From assembly GCA_002269645.1 (NCBI GenBank), contig NIVC01003837.1:10493-74492 (forward strand): DNA of 64,000 bases, in the 5' to 3' direction. Below the pieces are notes generated by a model. It searched no databases. It was not told the origin of the DNA and saw only the letters and a program-made list of their open reading frames with translations. A program made the position numbers and the translations under genes. Of this stretch, positions 18,554 to 28,756 are shown one piece after another; the first letter of the stretch is position 1, and every line of letters begins with the position of its first letter. The DNA is from Macrostomum lignano. Lineage: Eukaryota.

Positions 18554-19440
18554 ATGAAATATTCGTTAAGCAACTTCCAAGCGTTTCAAGCGCTTTTCGG
18601 CATTGTAATCCAGTTGCTGCCTGCAGTGCGGGCTCTGGCGTGTCCGGATCCGTTCAGCCCGAGGCAGGCAGGTGCGTGTTCGTGAGCACTGCTCAAGATT
18701 TCACCTGGTGCGAAGCCAACCAGCGGTGCGCTGCAATCCAGGGCGAGCTGCTCAACTCGTACAGCTCGCTGCAGCTGCTGGCTCAAGGCAGCTTTCCCAG
18801 CCTCCGCTGCAGCTGCTGGCTCAAAGGCAGCTTTCCCAGCCTCCGCTGCAGCTGCTGGCTCAAAGGCAGCTTTCCCAGCCTCCGCTGCAGCTGCTGGCTC
18901 AAAGGCAACTTTCCCAGCCTCCGCTGCAGCTGTTCCCTGTGGCTTGGAGTCAGCGACTTGGCCGATGAACGGAACACAAGCAAATCAGGCTGGGTGAAGA
19001 TCAACGGCAATGGAATTTTTCCCCTCGATAATGCTTTGTGGGCTTCAAATATGCCATCTAACAATGGGAATCAGGACTGCTTGGTGCAGTCTGAAGGAGA
19101 GGCGCTACTCAAGGATTTAAAGTGTTCAACCCGTCGTGGCTACGCATGCGAGTTTGTTGCCAAAGATGAACTGCAGACTGGGCCGACTGGCTCCGTTGCC
19201 TCGTGGAAGCGAACTCCGTTCAAGCGCACCAGCTACAACCCCAGCTCTCGCTACTGCTACTCTGACCTGCAGCAGGTTGGCAACGCAATGAAGTGCGTAG
19301 CGGCTGGCATGAGATCTGGCAACTGCAGACAAGTGCTGTACAACAGCAAGCTGAGAGCCTGCCGCCTGCTGCTGTTCACCGACGCTCAGGTGGAGGAGGA
19401 GATCGAGACGAGCGCCGACTGGGTCAAGTTCAGCGTGTAG
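18554..19440 (+). CDS. Secreted C-type lectin domain + PAN/apple-like C-terminal domain protein (copy 1; 1-nt frameshift at ~18660)
   Basis: ATG at 18554 gives signal-peptide-like MKYSLSNFQAFQALFGIVIQLLPAVRALA. CTLD motifs C.F..TW.EA...C, LWLG.SD, W....P.N.GNQDC, D.KC....YACE. C-terminal C-x-C..LYN...RAC.L pattern. The signal frame and CTLD frame are separated by a missing C (agcccgagg vs agccccgagg in copy 2). Confidence 0.75.
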
Positions 19441-19607
19441 GGCTGGTGCAACTAGAGAGTTGCTGGGGGCGCCCGGACAGGAACGCTCTAGTACACACGC
19501 TCACACAGGGTGTACAGCGGCTCTTTGACTCTCTAATCGTCAGGCATGTGCACTCTCTGTGTCTTCGGGGTCGGCCCTCAGGGCTGGGAATCGCACGATG
19601 TGTGAGT

Positions 19608-19965
19608 GCATCTCAGCTATTCCCCCATGAGCCTTAGCATCTCAGCTATTCCCCCATGAGCCTTAGCATCTCAGCTATTCCCCCATGAGCCTTAGCATCT
19701 CAGCTATTCCCCCATGAGCCTTAGCATCTCAGCTATTCCCCCATGAGCCTTAGCATCTCAGCTATTCCCCCATGAGCCTTAGCATCTCAGCTATTCCCCC
19801 ATGAGCCTTAGCATCTCAGCTATTCCCCCATGAGCCTTAGCATCTCAGCTATTCCCCCATGAGCCTTAGCATCTCAGCTATTCCCCCATGAGCCTTAGCA
19901 TCTCAGCTATTCCCCCCTGAGCCTTAGCATCTCAGCTATTCCCCCATGAGCCTTGATATCTCAGC
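19608..19965. repeat. 29-bp minisatellite (gcatctcagctattcccccatgagcctta)n
   Basis: About 12 units. Confidence 0.95.
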
Positions 19966-20574
19966 AACTCTTATATAAGCCACAATATTTTAGAAATGTC
20001 CCCGTATGTCTTTCCCTCACAGCCATTTCTCAGGAGCCAATTCAGCCACAGTATAATTCCAATATTTCCCCATGAGCCTTGACATCTTAGCAATTCCCCC
20101 AATTACTCCTATATGTTTGATAGCGCGCTTTTTATGGTTGACATGGTGATTATTTTTTTTCGTTCTTTCGTTGAGTTTTCGTTTCTATGAATGAAAAGAA
20201 GTTTTTGATAAAAAATTACATTGCTTCACCAGCACTGCTCTAGAAGATAAGCGCAGCCCAGCAAAATTATCTTTGAATTTAATTGTTAAATACGAGCGGT
20301 CTGGATGAACCTGCATAGGAGACGATCATTTCTGTCACAGGTCACAGAGATAAATCCAACTGAGCTCCACAAAGTTACATGTACATAAAATTCAATAAAT
20401 TAATCTATAGCTCTCTTAGCATTATCTACTACTTTATTGTGTAAGTTCTGTCTTGTATATCCATATAAATTGTAGTATATCGATATTTTGCAATAATTGC
20501 GCCATAAATATTACACGACTACCATCAGATTTGCACTATACTCCCCCAGATTAACACTGCTTCCCTTAGATTAG

Positions 20575-21000
20575 CCCCACTCCCCAGATTAGCACTACCC
20601 CCAGATTAGCACTACCCCCAGATTAGCACTACCCCCAGATTAGCACTACCCCCAGATTAGCACTACCCCCAGATTAGCACTACCCCCAGATTAGCACTAC
20701 CCCAGATTAGCACTACCCCCAGATTAGCACTACCCCCAGATTAGCACTACCCCCAGATTAGCACTACCCCCAGATTAGCACTACCCCCAGATTAGCACTA
20801 CCCCCAGATTAGCACTACCCCCAGATTAGCACTACCCCCAGATTAGCACTACCCCCAGATTAGCACTACCCCCAGATTAGCACTACCCCCAGATTAGCAC
20901 TACCCCCAGATTAGCACTACCCCCAGATTAGCACTACCCCCAGATTAGCACTACCCCCAGATTAGCACTACCCCCAGATTAGCACTACCCCCAGATTAAC
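20575..21000. repeat. 17-bp minisatellite (cccccagattagcacta)n
   Basis: About 25 units. Confidence 0.95.
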
Positions 21001-21625
21001 ACTTCTTCCCCCCCCCCCAAATCTGCATGAAACTGCATGGGAGACAATCATTGTGACAGGTTACAGAGATAAATTCTCTGCTTCAATGCAGATTCGAACT
21101 GCCGACCATCTCCTTAGCCTGTTCCACTCTGCCTACAACGCGGCTATTTCGAAGAAACACATTTTACTGTTCTCTTAACAGTTATCATTTATCCCCTCAG
21201 CAGTCAGCAGTTCTCCTCTCGGCCGGCTCCTCAGTCTCCTCAGTAAACTGCAATGATTCTTTCAATAGTATAAAAATTTTCTCAGCATTTATTACGGCTC
21301 ACTAATTAATTTTCGATACATATCGGCAGTCCTAATGCACAACACAGCGTTTAGCGATACCTTCAGCAGATTAGCAGCATCGTCGGCAGTTTGGCAATTT
21401 CATACTTATATGATGGGATCAGTAATACTCAAAGCAGTTTTAAAAAAATGAAATTTGCTGAACGACTTGTGCCGAATAGCAAAAATAATTCATTAAGTGT
21501 CAAAGTGTGCCTTACTAATAAATAAAACGTTTTCCAATTATCTGCAAATGAATGAATCAATTTTAATTGTCCCCAGTAGGCTCACTCGAACCTGGGACCT
21601 TACGCCTAGCCTAATCCCAGTCCTA

Positions 21626-21819
21626 GGGCCGTATGCAGAAAGCTTAGTCCAGACTAGCCAGTCCGGACTTGGGTAGTTCAGTCTATGGTCTATGGTCTAG
21701 CTACCTTAGTTCTGTCTATAGTAGACCGGTCTAACTTTGTGTTTCTGCATACCAACTCCAAGTCCAGACTAGCTTTTCAAGACCGGACTACCCTAGACAG
21801 AGCTTTCTGCATACGGCCC
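21626..21819. mobile_element. MITE with 3-bp TSD (PIF/Harbinger-like)
   Basis: TIRs gggccgtatgcagaaagct / agctttctgcatacggccc; CTA duplicated on both flanks; internal gtccagactagc repeats. Confidence 0.75.
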
Positions 21820-23269
21820 CTAGTGTCTTCTGCATATTGATCAGAGGGCGATAAAATCAGCCATATATGTTTTTATATGGCTGAGCAGAGCAGCAAGCAG
21901 AGCGAATGTACAGTTGTGTGAAATCTATAAATAGCAATTGTCTATGCAGTCCGCCAGTCAGTCAGGGTCAGATTGTACACACGCAGCCACTGAGCATTCC
22001 TAGCTCCCTTGCTCACTGCAGCCAGTGCAGTAGGCGAGAGAGAAGTTATGGCGCAAACTCAATTGGAATTGAAATTCAGTCAGTCAGAGATTTTGGGGTC
22101 GTATATTAAAGCTGTCGTAGCGTAAGTTTTATCGAACTCGTACGTCGGAACTTCTACACTGCAGAGACAGAAGCTAAGAACGATCTTATCTTTATAGAAC
22201 GGGCCCTTTGACTTTTTCTAGTCTTCCATTGAAGGCATTGGAGAAACTCGTTTTTCGAATATTTAATACTCCTTGCGCAAAAGCCTATTGACAAAATTCG
22301 AACCTACAATTCAAAAATTTTCTTTTTTTGGTGAAAACGCGATAAAAATTGATTCAGGCTTTCAGACTGTGAAGCGTTCTACATAGACAGGCATAGATTA
22401 GAGATTTAGTATAGGTAGAAGATAGAAGACAAGCATACAAACCTTAGAGATTTAGTACATTTAGATTGAAAAGAAGAAGATTAGATAGTGGAAAGACTGC
22501 AGTCCATAATTATGCTGCTGTTGCAAACGTGTATGCACGTGAGATGCGGTAACAAAGCGGCCTCCAAAGCCAAAGCAACAAAATATTTAGGCAGACGGGC
22601 CGCGCGTAAATTGAGGCAGTTGCCCAGCGAGACGGCGACGCCCCCCTCACCCCACCCCACACGGATCCACAGAGGCGGCAGGGATTGGCTGATCACTAAA
22701 GCCGATTTGCACGCACCCATGCAAACCAAATCAAATTTAAAGCATAATAAAAAGCAATACAACTTGTCCATTTCTCAACCCCAAGCTAGAAGTAACCTTT
22801 AGAAGCGTTCGTAACTTAGCGGCTACTCTTCAAAAAAATAGAAAAAGCATACACTTTTGTTTGCAAAAATTATCATAAGTGTCAAAATCTTGAAGCTTAA
22901 AATCTGAATGTCGAATTTTGTTTATTTCCATTCCAATTTGTTAAACTTTGTTTTACTCCTAATTAACACTCGATTTAACCAATGGCAGCTGGAAGCTCAA
23001 CAAAATACGAAGTACAAGTAAGTTGTCAAGCGAGTACCGTGAAGTAAGATCAGTGGAACGGATACTTTTTACGGTTCTATAGACTGTCTTTTTGGTGATT
23101 GGCTTCTGGATTTTACGAGGCCATTGGAAATTGTTCAGGGATGGTGGCTTTCTGATCTAGGTTACTAATTACTGTAAATTATTTTTATCCTTGATAGATT
23201 ACTCGTTGCAATTAGCTCATCTTTCGAATTGTAAAAATTCTACCACTGATATGACTGAATCCCAGACGT

Positions 23270-24885
23270 TGTTGTTGTTAAACGAGGGTGGGTAGCCTAG
23301 GGGTTCCCGCGGATCAGCCCAGGGAAGGGCTCTGCCGCTAGAGAACAGGGTGGTGTTTTACGAACCAAAGTTCAACCTTAAGATTAAACTTAGGATTGAG
23401 TTTAGGATCGACGTGTTCTATGAAGATAAAAGTCGATCTTAGCTGGGATCCAACTAAGGTCTGACCTAATGGAAGATAAGATCGAACTTACGACTGGTGC
23501 GTTTTATCAAGAGAGACTGTCTATGACCAAAACTGTCATGGTCGGTCTTAACTTTAGGACACATCTAGAGTTGTCCTAAGTTTCAAGTCGCTATCTGAAC
23601 AGCAAGAGTCGATCTGTTGGAATAAAATGTTTGCCGTTTTAATTGCTCGTCGTGCGACGAGATGCTCTGCTGGCTAAAATAAAGCTAAAGTTTGACGCCA
23701 CGCGGAATTAGTCTATGGTCAACCCTATCTTAAACTTTCTCGTCCACAACCAAACCTCGACCTTAGCTAAGATCGAGGTTAGAAGTGACTCCTAAGTGTT
23801 TGTAAAACGCATTTACGGCTCAGTCTTAAGTTCGAGCCTAAGTTGGAACTTAGGAGTCAGTCTTAAGACGCAGTTCGTAAAACAACCCCCAGGGGCCTAT
23901 CTAACCAGGGGCATACAGCCTGAGCGGCCCAGATTGGGACCAGGAACAAGGCCTGGTAGAAATACCTTATTGGGGCTACCAGCTCAAACCTTTGGACTAA
24001 GACACCGCCAACCCATAGTGGAATCAGGGACGGTGCTAAGACCGAGTCCACTTGGAGCGAATCTGGGCAGCTTATTTGCCAAAGGCGAGTCTCCGGAAGC
24101 GCAAAGCCGACTGAAAACTCCCCCTATAGGGCTGCGAGCCTCACGGCTTTTTCACTACCCAGCTCTAAACAATATTGGAGTAAGCTTAAGCGGTCCGAGA
24201 GAGGAAAGATCCTAGTCTACGGAAAAGGCTTATCTATTGGAGCGAGTCTGGAAGCTTATTGCCAAGGGCGAGTCGATCCTGTCAGGCAGGAGACCCTTCT
24301 ATACCGATAGGGCTGCGAGCCTCAAGGCTTTTTCGCTATCCAGCTCAATAAGGGCTAGGCCAAGGGGTTGGATAGGGCACAAGGTCAGCAAGAGGAACCC
24401 GGACTCAGCCGGTTTTCCCGAATCGGGACGAACTTATTCACCAGGACTCCAATCCACTGTCAGAGATAAGAGCCGAGACACAAAAGCAGGGAACTTCCAG
24501 AGGAGACAGCAGGTGGACCAAGGCTATAGAGCGCCCTCACCGAGGCGAGATTTGCAACTCCAAATATTGGGTGGTTCAAGTGCCAAGATAAAAACACAAA
24601 GGATAAAAGGCCACAAAGGCAGGGATAAAAACAATAAGGAGGATCACACAACCTCAGGGGCTCAGCCTCAGGGCTGGCATCAACTTTGTGAATGGTCGTC
24701 TTTCCTGCAGGGCGGGTGCGACCAAGGGGCTCAAGTCCCGTTCTAGCCACACTGCAGTCCAGAATTCCAGGTACACCCCCATAAACCAAAGCCGAGGGCC
24801 GAAATAATTGCAAAGAAATAGGGTTATATAATCCCAACTTCAGAAACCCGCAAATCCCTTCTCATTTCAGCTGCTATAACATTTT
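23270..24885. mobile_element. Unclassified TE-like insertion (LTR-like ends) upstream of copy 2
   Basis: Absent from duplicate unit 1. Bounded by tgtta...taaca, with an internal ~180-bp direct duplication (24066-24160 vs 24250-24345). No TSD and no recognisable gag/pol. Confidence 0.4.
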
Positions 24886-25065
24886 CACAAGCCTCGACTA
24901 CTAATAATAGCGTAAAAGCAAATTTGTTTTAACAACAATTGAAATTCTGTTGCCACTTGCCACTATTGCTTTGAGGCGCAATAGGCAGCTGAAACTATCA
25001 TTTCTTGAATCTGAACTTTAACTTTAGCTAATGGAATCACCTTTAAATCTTTGCAGATTTCAATG

Positions 25066-27918
25066 GACCAATTCGGAAGCTCTGACCAGCCAGGAAGACG
25101 AAACGTGCCCGAAGTCATTCTGCAGGAAGGCACCGCCATTGCCTGCACTAGCCGATGGAATACTGATTACGCAATAGTTGCCAAAGATCTTCACAATTCC
25201 GAACTAATCAAAACTAATGAAAACCGCCGCGCTCGCTACAAAATCGAAGTCATAACTTATAGATCCGTTACGGCAGCGATTCGACAGTTGTGCGACTTTA
25301 ACATCTTTGTCTGGCTAATAAAGCTTTTGCTGACAATCTTCGGCTGTCAACCAGCAGTTGTCGCTCGGAAGACACTCTGGCTGGACACCGAGGGACAGCG
25401 CTTGTACAAGCTGAAATACAATGGCAGTAATGGAGTGGAAGTGCTGCCACCAAATGAGGTGCTGCAACGTGCGATCTCTCGCATTGGCGAACGCAAGTAC
25501 GATTCCAAATGGAACAACGACCAGGACTTCGTTCGCTGGTGCTGCACCAAGCACTGCGACAACCAGAAGTATTTTGAAATTCCAGTCAAGTCAATTGATC
25601 AACTGAAAAGCGTTTTTAACGCAAGTGAAAACGCAAGTAAAAGCGCAAGTGGAAACGCAAGTAAAAACGCAAGTAAAAATGCAAGTGAAAGTAAAAGATA
25701 TGCACTTATTGATGGAAAACTTTTAACTTTTTTGTCCAAGGGCACTGCGCTCAGACACCAGGATAAATCGCATATGGTACTTACTGTAGACAGCTTGTGT
25801 AAAGACACTTCATGTTGCAGTGGAAACACTTGGTGTTGTTGTAAAAAGACTTCGTGTTGCAGTGAAGACACTTCGTGCTGTTGTAAACGTTATAAGGAAT
25901 ACTTATACTTCTTTACGGTTCAGAAAGTCGAAGTAAAACCAGGAACAAGAAATCAAGAAATCAAGAGCTTAGGCCTCTCGGCCGTTTCTCAAGAGACTGC
26001 AGAGACTGCAGAGGCTGCAAAGGCTGCAAAAGAATTCCTCGAATTCCTCGAAGAAAAGACAAAAGAATTGATCGGCAAGTCAATCTGGTTGAATCGTCGT
26101 GGAACAGTTCAGAGTAAAATCGATAGCAAGACCTTCTGCAACTGGCTGCAACAGTCAACAGTTGACACGCTAGATGACATTGAGCTGCTGCCAGGGGCTG
26201 GCGACCGTTGCTGCAGTTGCTGCAGTTGCTGGAGTTCGCTTTGCTGCGGCTCGAAATGCTGTCAACCAGCGACATCCGACGGTCATGAATTTAGAGTCGG
26301 TGAACACGTCGAAGTAAGCCCGGAGCAGGGTACTCCGTACCATATGATTATCACGGAGATTGTTAATCCGAGTACAGATGATTGCGTTTACAAAGGCATA
26401 ACCTACCGATATAAGAAGCCTATAGATAATGATAAAGGGCAACTTAAGCAACCTAAAAAAGGTATGCAACATGAGCAAGATGTGCAACACGAGCAAGATG
26501 TGCAACATGAGCAAGATGTGCAACATGAGCAAGATGTGCAACATGAGCAAGATGTGCAACACGAGCAAGATGTGCAACATGAGCAAGATGTGCAACACGA
26601 GCAAGACGTGCAACATGAGCAAGATGTGCAACACGAGCAAGACGTGCAACATGATCAAGATGCGCAACACGAGCAAGACGTGCAACATGAGCATGATGTG
26701 CAACATGAGCAAGATGTGCAACATGAGCAAGATGTGCAACATGATCAAGATGTGCAACACGAGCAAGATGTGCAACATGAGCAAGATGTGCAACACGAGC
26801 AAGATGTGCAACATGAGCAAGATGTGCAACACGAGCAAGATGTGCAACATGAGCAAGATGTGCAACACGAGCAAGATGTGCAACATGAGCAAGATGTGCA
26901 ACACGAGCAAGATGTGCAACATGAGCAAGATGTGCAACATGAGCAAGATGTGCAACATGAGCAAGATGTGCAACACGAGCAAGATGTGCAACATGAGCAA
27001 GATGTGCAACACGAGCAAGATGTGCAACATGAGCAAGATGTGCAACATGAGCAAGATGTGCAACATGAGCAAGATGTGCAAAACGAGCAAGGTGTGCAAC
27101 CTAAGCAAGATGTGCAAAACGAGCAAGGTGTGCAACCTAAGCAAGTTGAGAAACTCGAAGCAATCGTAACCTTCGACCAGGTTGAGTTGCTTGCGTTTAA
27201 CGAGGAACCCGAAAATTTCATTGACGCGAACAAGCAGATTTCGGGTACAATATCTGCTTGCTGGAATTTCTTTTGGGGCACATTTCGTGTGCTGTCGTTT
27301 ATCGTGACGAATTTTCGGGTATTAAAAATTTTTGCTGTGGCGACGCCGCTTTTCAAACATGATAAATGCACAACTCAGCGCCTTCTGAAGCCTCCGCTGT
27401 GTTTTCATATTTTTGATGAAGACTGCAACTGTCCATGGGAGCAGCTCATCATAATAGTCTATGCCAGCATTGTTGGGGTCTGCTTACTCATCTTGATCGG
27501 ACTGCACTTCGTCGAAGCCCTGTGCTCAGGATGCTGTCGTCACAGGCCGCTTGAGATTACTCGCAAACGGATGACCTGGAGTTCGATTGAAAGCATAGCT
27601 GACTTTCTGATTATTGTTGGATTGATTTATTTTCAACTTTGGCTCAGACAAGCCTTGAGTGACACATTCAACAACGCAGGTTCATTTCCTATCACGTCCG
27701 CTGTCTCCATCTGCTTGTTTCTCATCAGAGCGCTGCTGCCAAGATGGATCCGCTGCTGCTGCCCGAGCAAGGATGCGGCTTACTGCTCACACTGCTGCTT
27801 CTGCTGCTGGTGCTCTGGCAGCACCGAATGTTGCGGGGTGGCTGATCACGAAGCCATCATTACCAAAGAAGAGGTCCATTTCAACAGGCAAAATGAACCA
27901 CCAGCAGCAAATGCATAG
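25066..27918 (+). CDS. Uncharacterised membrane protein: tandem degenerate LRAT/NlpC-P60-like domains, HEQDVQ repeat, ~4 TM helices, Cys-rich tail (copy 2, intact)
   Basis: ~950-aa single-exon ORF after acceptor tttgcag| (25058). EVLQRAISRIGERKYDSKWNNDQDFVRWCC matches the LRAT C-terminal motif (V..RA.S.LG...Y....NNCEHF..WC). Four hydrophobic segments lie near the C-terminus, followed by a CC/CXXCC-rich tail. Confidence 0.75.
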   Translation, partial: DQFGSSDQPGRRNVPEVILQEGTAIACTSRWNTDYAIVAKDLHNSELIKTNENRRARYKIEVITYRSVTAAIRQLCDFNIFVWLIKLLLTIFGCQPAVVARKTLWLDTEGQRLYKLKYNGSNGVEVLPPNEVLQRAISRIGERKYDSKWNNDQDFVRWCCTKHCDNQKYFEIPVKSIDQLKSVFNASENASKSASGNASKNASKNASESKRYALIDGKLLTFLSKGTALRHQDKSHMVLTVDSLCKDTSCCSGNTWCCCKKTSCCSEDTSCCCKRYKEYLYFFTVQKVEVKPGTRNQEIKSLGLSAVSQETAETAEAAKAAKEFLEFLEEKTKELIGKSIWLNRRGTVQSKIDSKTFCNWLQQSTVDTLDDIELLPGAGDRCCSCCSCWSSLCCGSKCCQPATSDGHEFRVGEHVEVSPEQGTPYHMIITEIVNPSTDDCVYKGITYRYKKPIDNDKGQLKQPKKGMQHEQDVQHEQDVQHEQDVQHEQDVQHEQDVQHEQDVQHEQDVQHEQDVQHEQDVQHEQDVQHDQDAQHEQDVQHEHDVQHEQDVQHEQDVQHDQDVQHEQDVQHEQDVQHEQDVQHEQDVQHEQDVQHEQDVQHEQDVQHEQDVQHEQDVQHEQDVQHEQDVQHEQDVQHEQDVQHEQDVQHEQDVQHEQDVQHEQDVQHEQDVQNEQGVQPKQDVQNEQGVQPKQVEKLEAIVTFDQVELLAFNEEPENFIDANKQISGTISACWNFFWGTFRVLSFIVTNFRVLKIFAVATPLFKHDKCTTQRLLKPPLCFHIFDEDCNCPWEQLIIIVYASIVGVCLLILIGLHFVEALCSGCCRHRPLEITRKRMTWSSIESIADFLIIVGLIYFQLWLRQALSDTFNNAGSFPITSAVSICLFLIRALLPRWIRCCCPSKDAAYCSHCCFCCWCSGSTECCGVADHEAIITKEEVHFNRQNEPPAANA
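26467..27140 (+). repeat. 18-bp coding repeat (QHEQDV)n
   Basis: About 37 in-frame units inside the copy-2 ORF. Confidence 0.95.
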
Positions 27919-28756
27919 ATGAGTGAACTGCAGTTTTCTGGGTTTTGAAAATAGAAATAGTTCAGTACCGCCTTTGCATGGTGTGTTACAGAATTTACTT
28001 AACCTAGGAAATGATACGCTCGTATTAATTTTTCAGAGGTGTACTATGACCCGACTTTTTTAACGCTATTCTGTCCCATAGTTCCATAGGTTTACGTGTT
28101 GCTTGTGTGTTTTTCTAAAAATTTTATGTATTTTAAACGTGTTGACTATAAATTTTAACTTTTACATTAAACAATATTTTCATATTTTTGATTGGTACAT
28201 TATTAACATACGAGCTGTCATTGATTTAGAAATGATAAATTCACTAGTTACATGCTAGCTGTTAGATCTTATAGTTTTAGTTACAGTTATCTGTGTTGCT
28301 TCAAAAAATTCTCGTTAGTAGCTATTTTTTACTCTAATACATTGCCAATGTGTTAATCCCATTTCTTTTCATTAAAATTGACGTATTCGCGCGAACTTCT
28401 CTTATAGCTACATATTAGGTACAGTAGCACATTTTATGCGCTTCCATGAGAAGCGAAGAATAAATTGGAATACTAGAAAAGCTGATTAATTTTTAGGCAC
28501 TCAGTAACATGAGAGCTCACTCTAAAATATGAGCTGCTGTATTTAAAGTATCGAGTTAGGGAGATCACGAGATGTAAAAAACAATCGCATGAAACCAAGA
28601 CGACATATACTGATAAAGTCATTGGCTAAAAGCATTTTTTAGAACTGCTATTGGACGGAGCTGCATTTGTAGCTGTTTATAAAGTCTCAATCATACTCAA
28701 ACCTGCCTGTAGAAATTTTCCCATTAAGAAATCCCAGCTGTCTTTGAAAAAGAAGG

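Noticed and set aside
23796-24837. 139-, 169- and 125-aa ORFs in the insertion as possible gag/pol
   Set aside because: No zinc knuckle, protease, RT or integrase motifs.
26170-27371. Antisense and alternate-frame ORFs over the HEQDVQ repeat (LHILL, CTSC, KMCN)
   Set aside because: Shadow frames of the 18-bp repeat; only the frame continuous with the flanking protein is supported.
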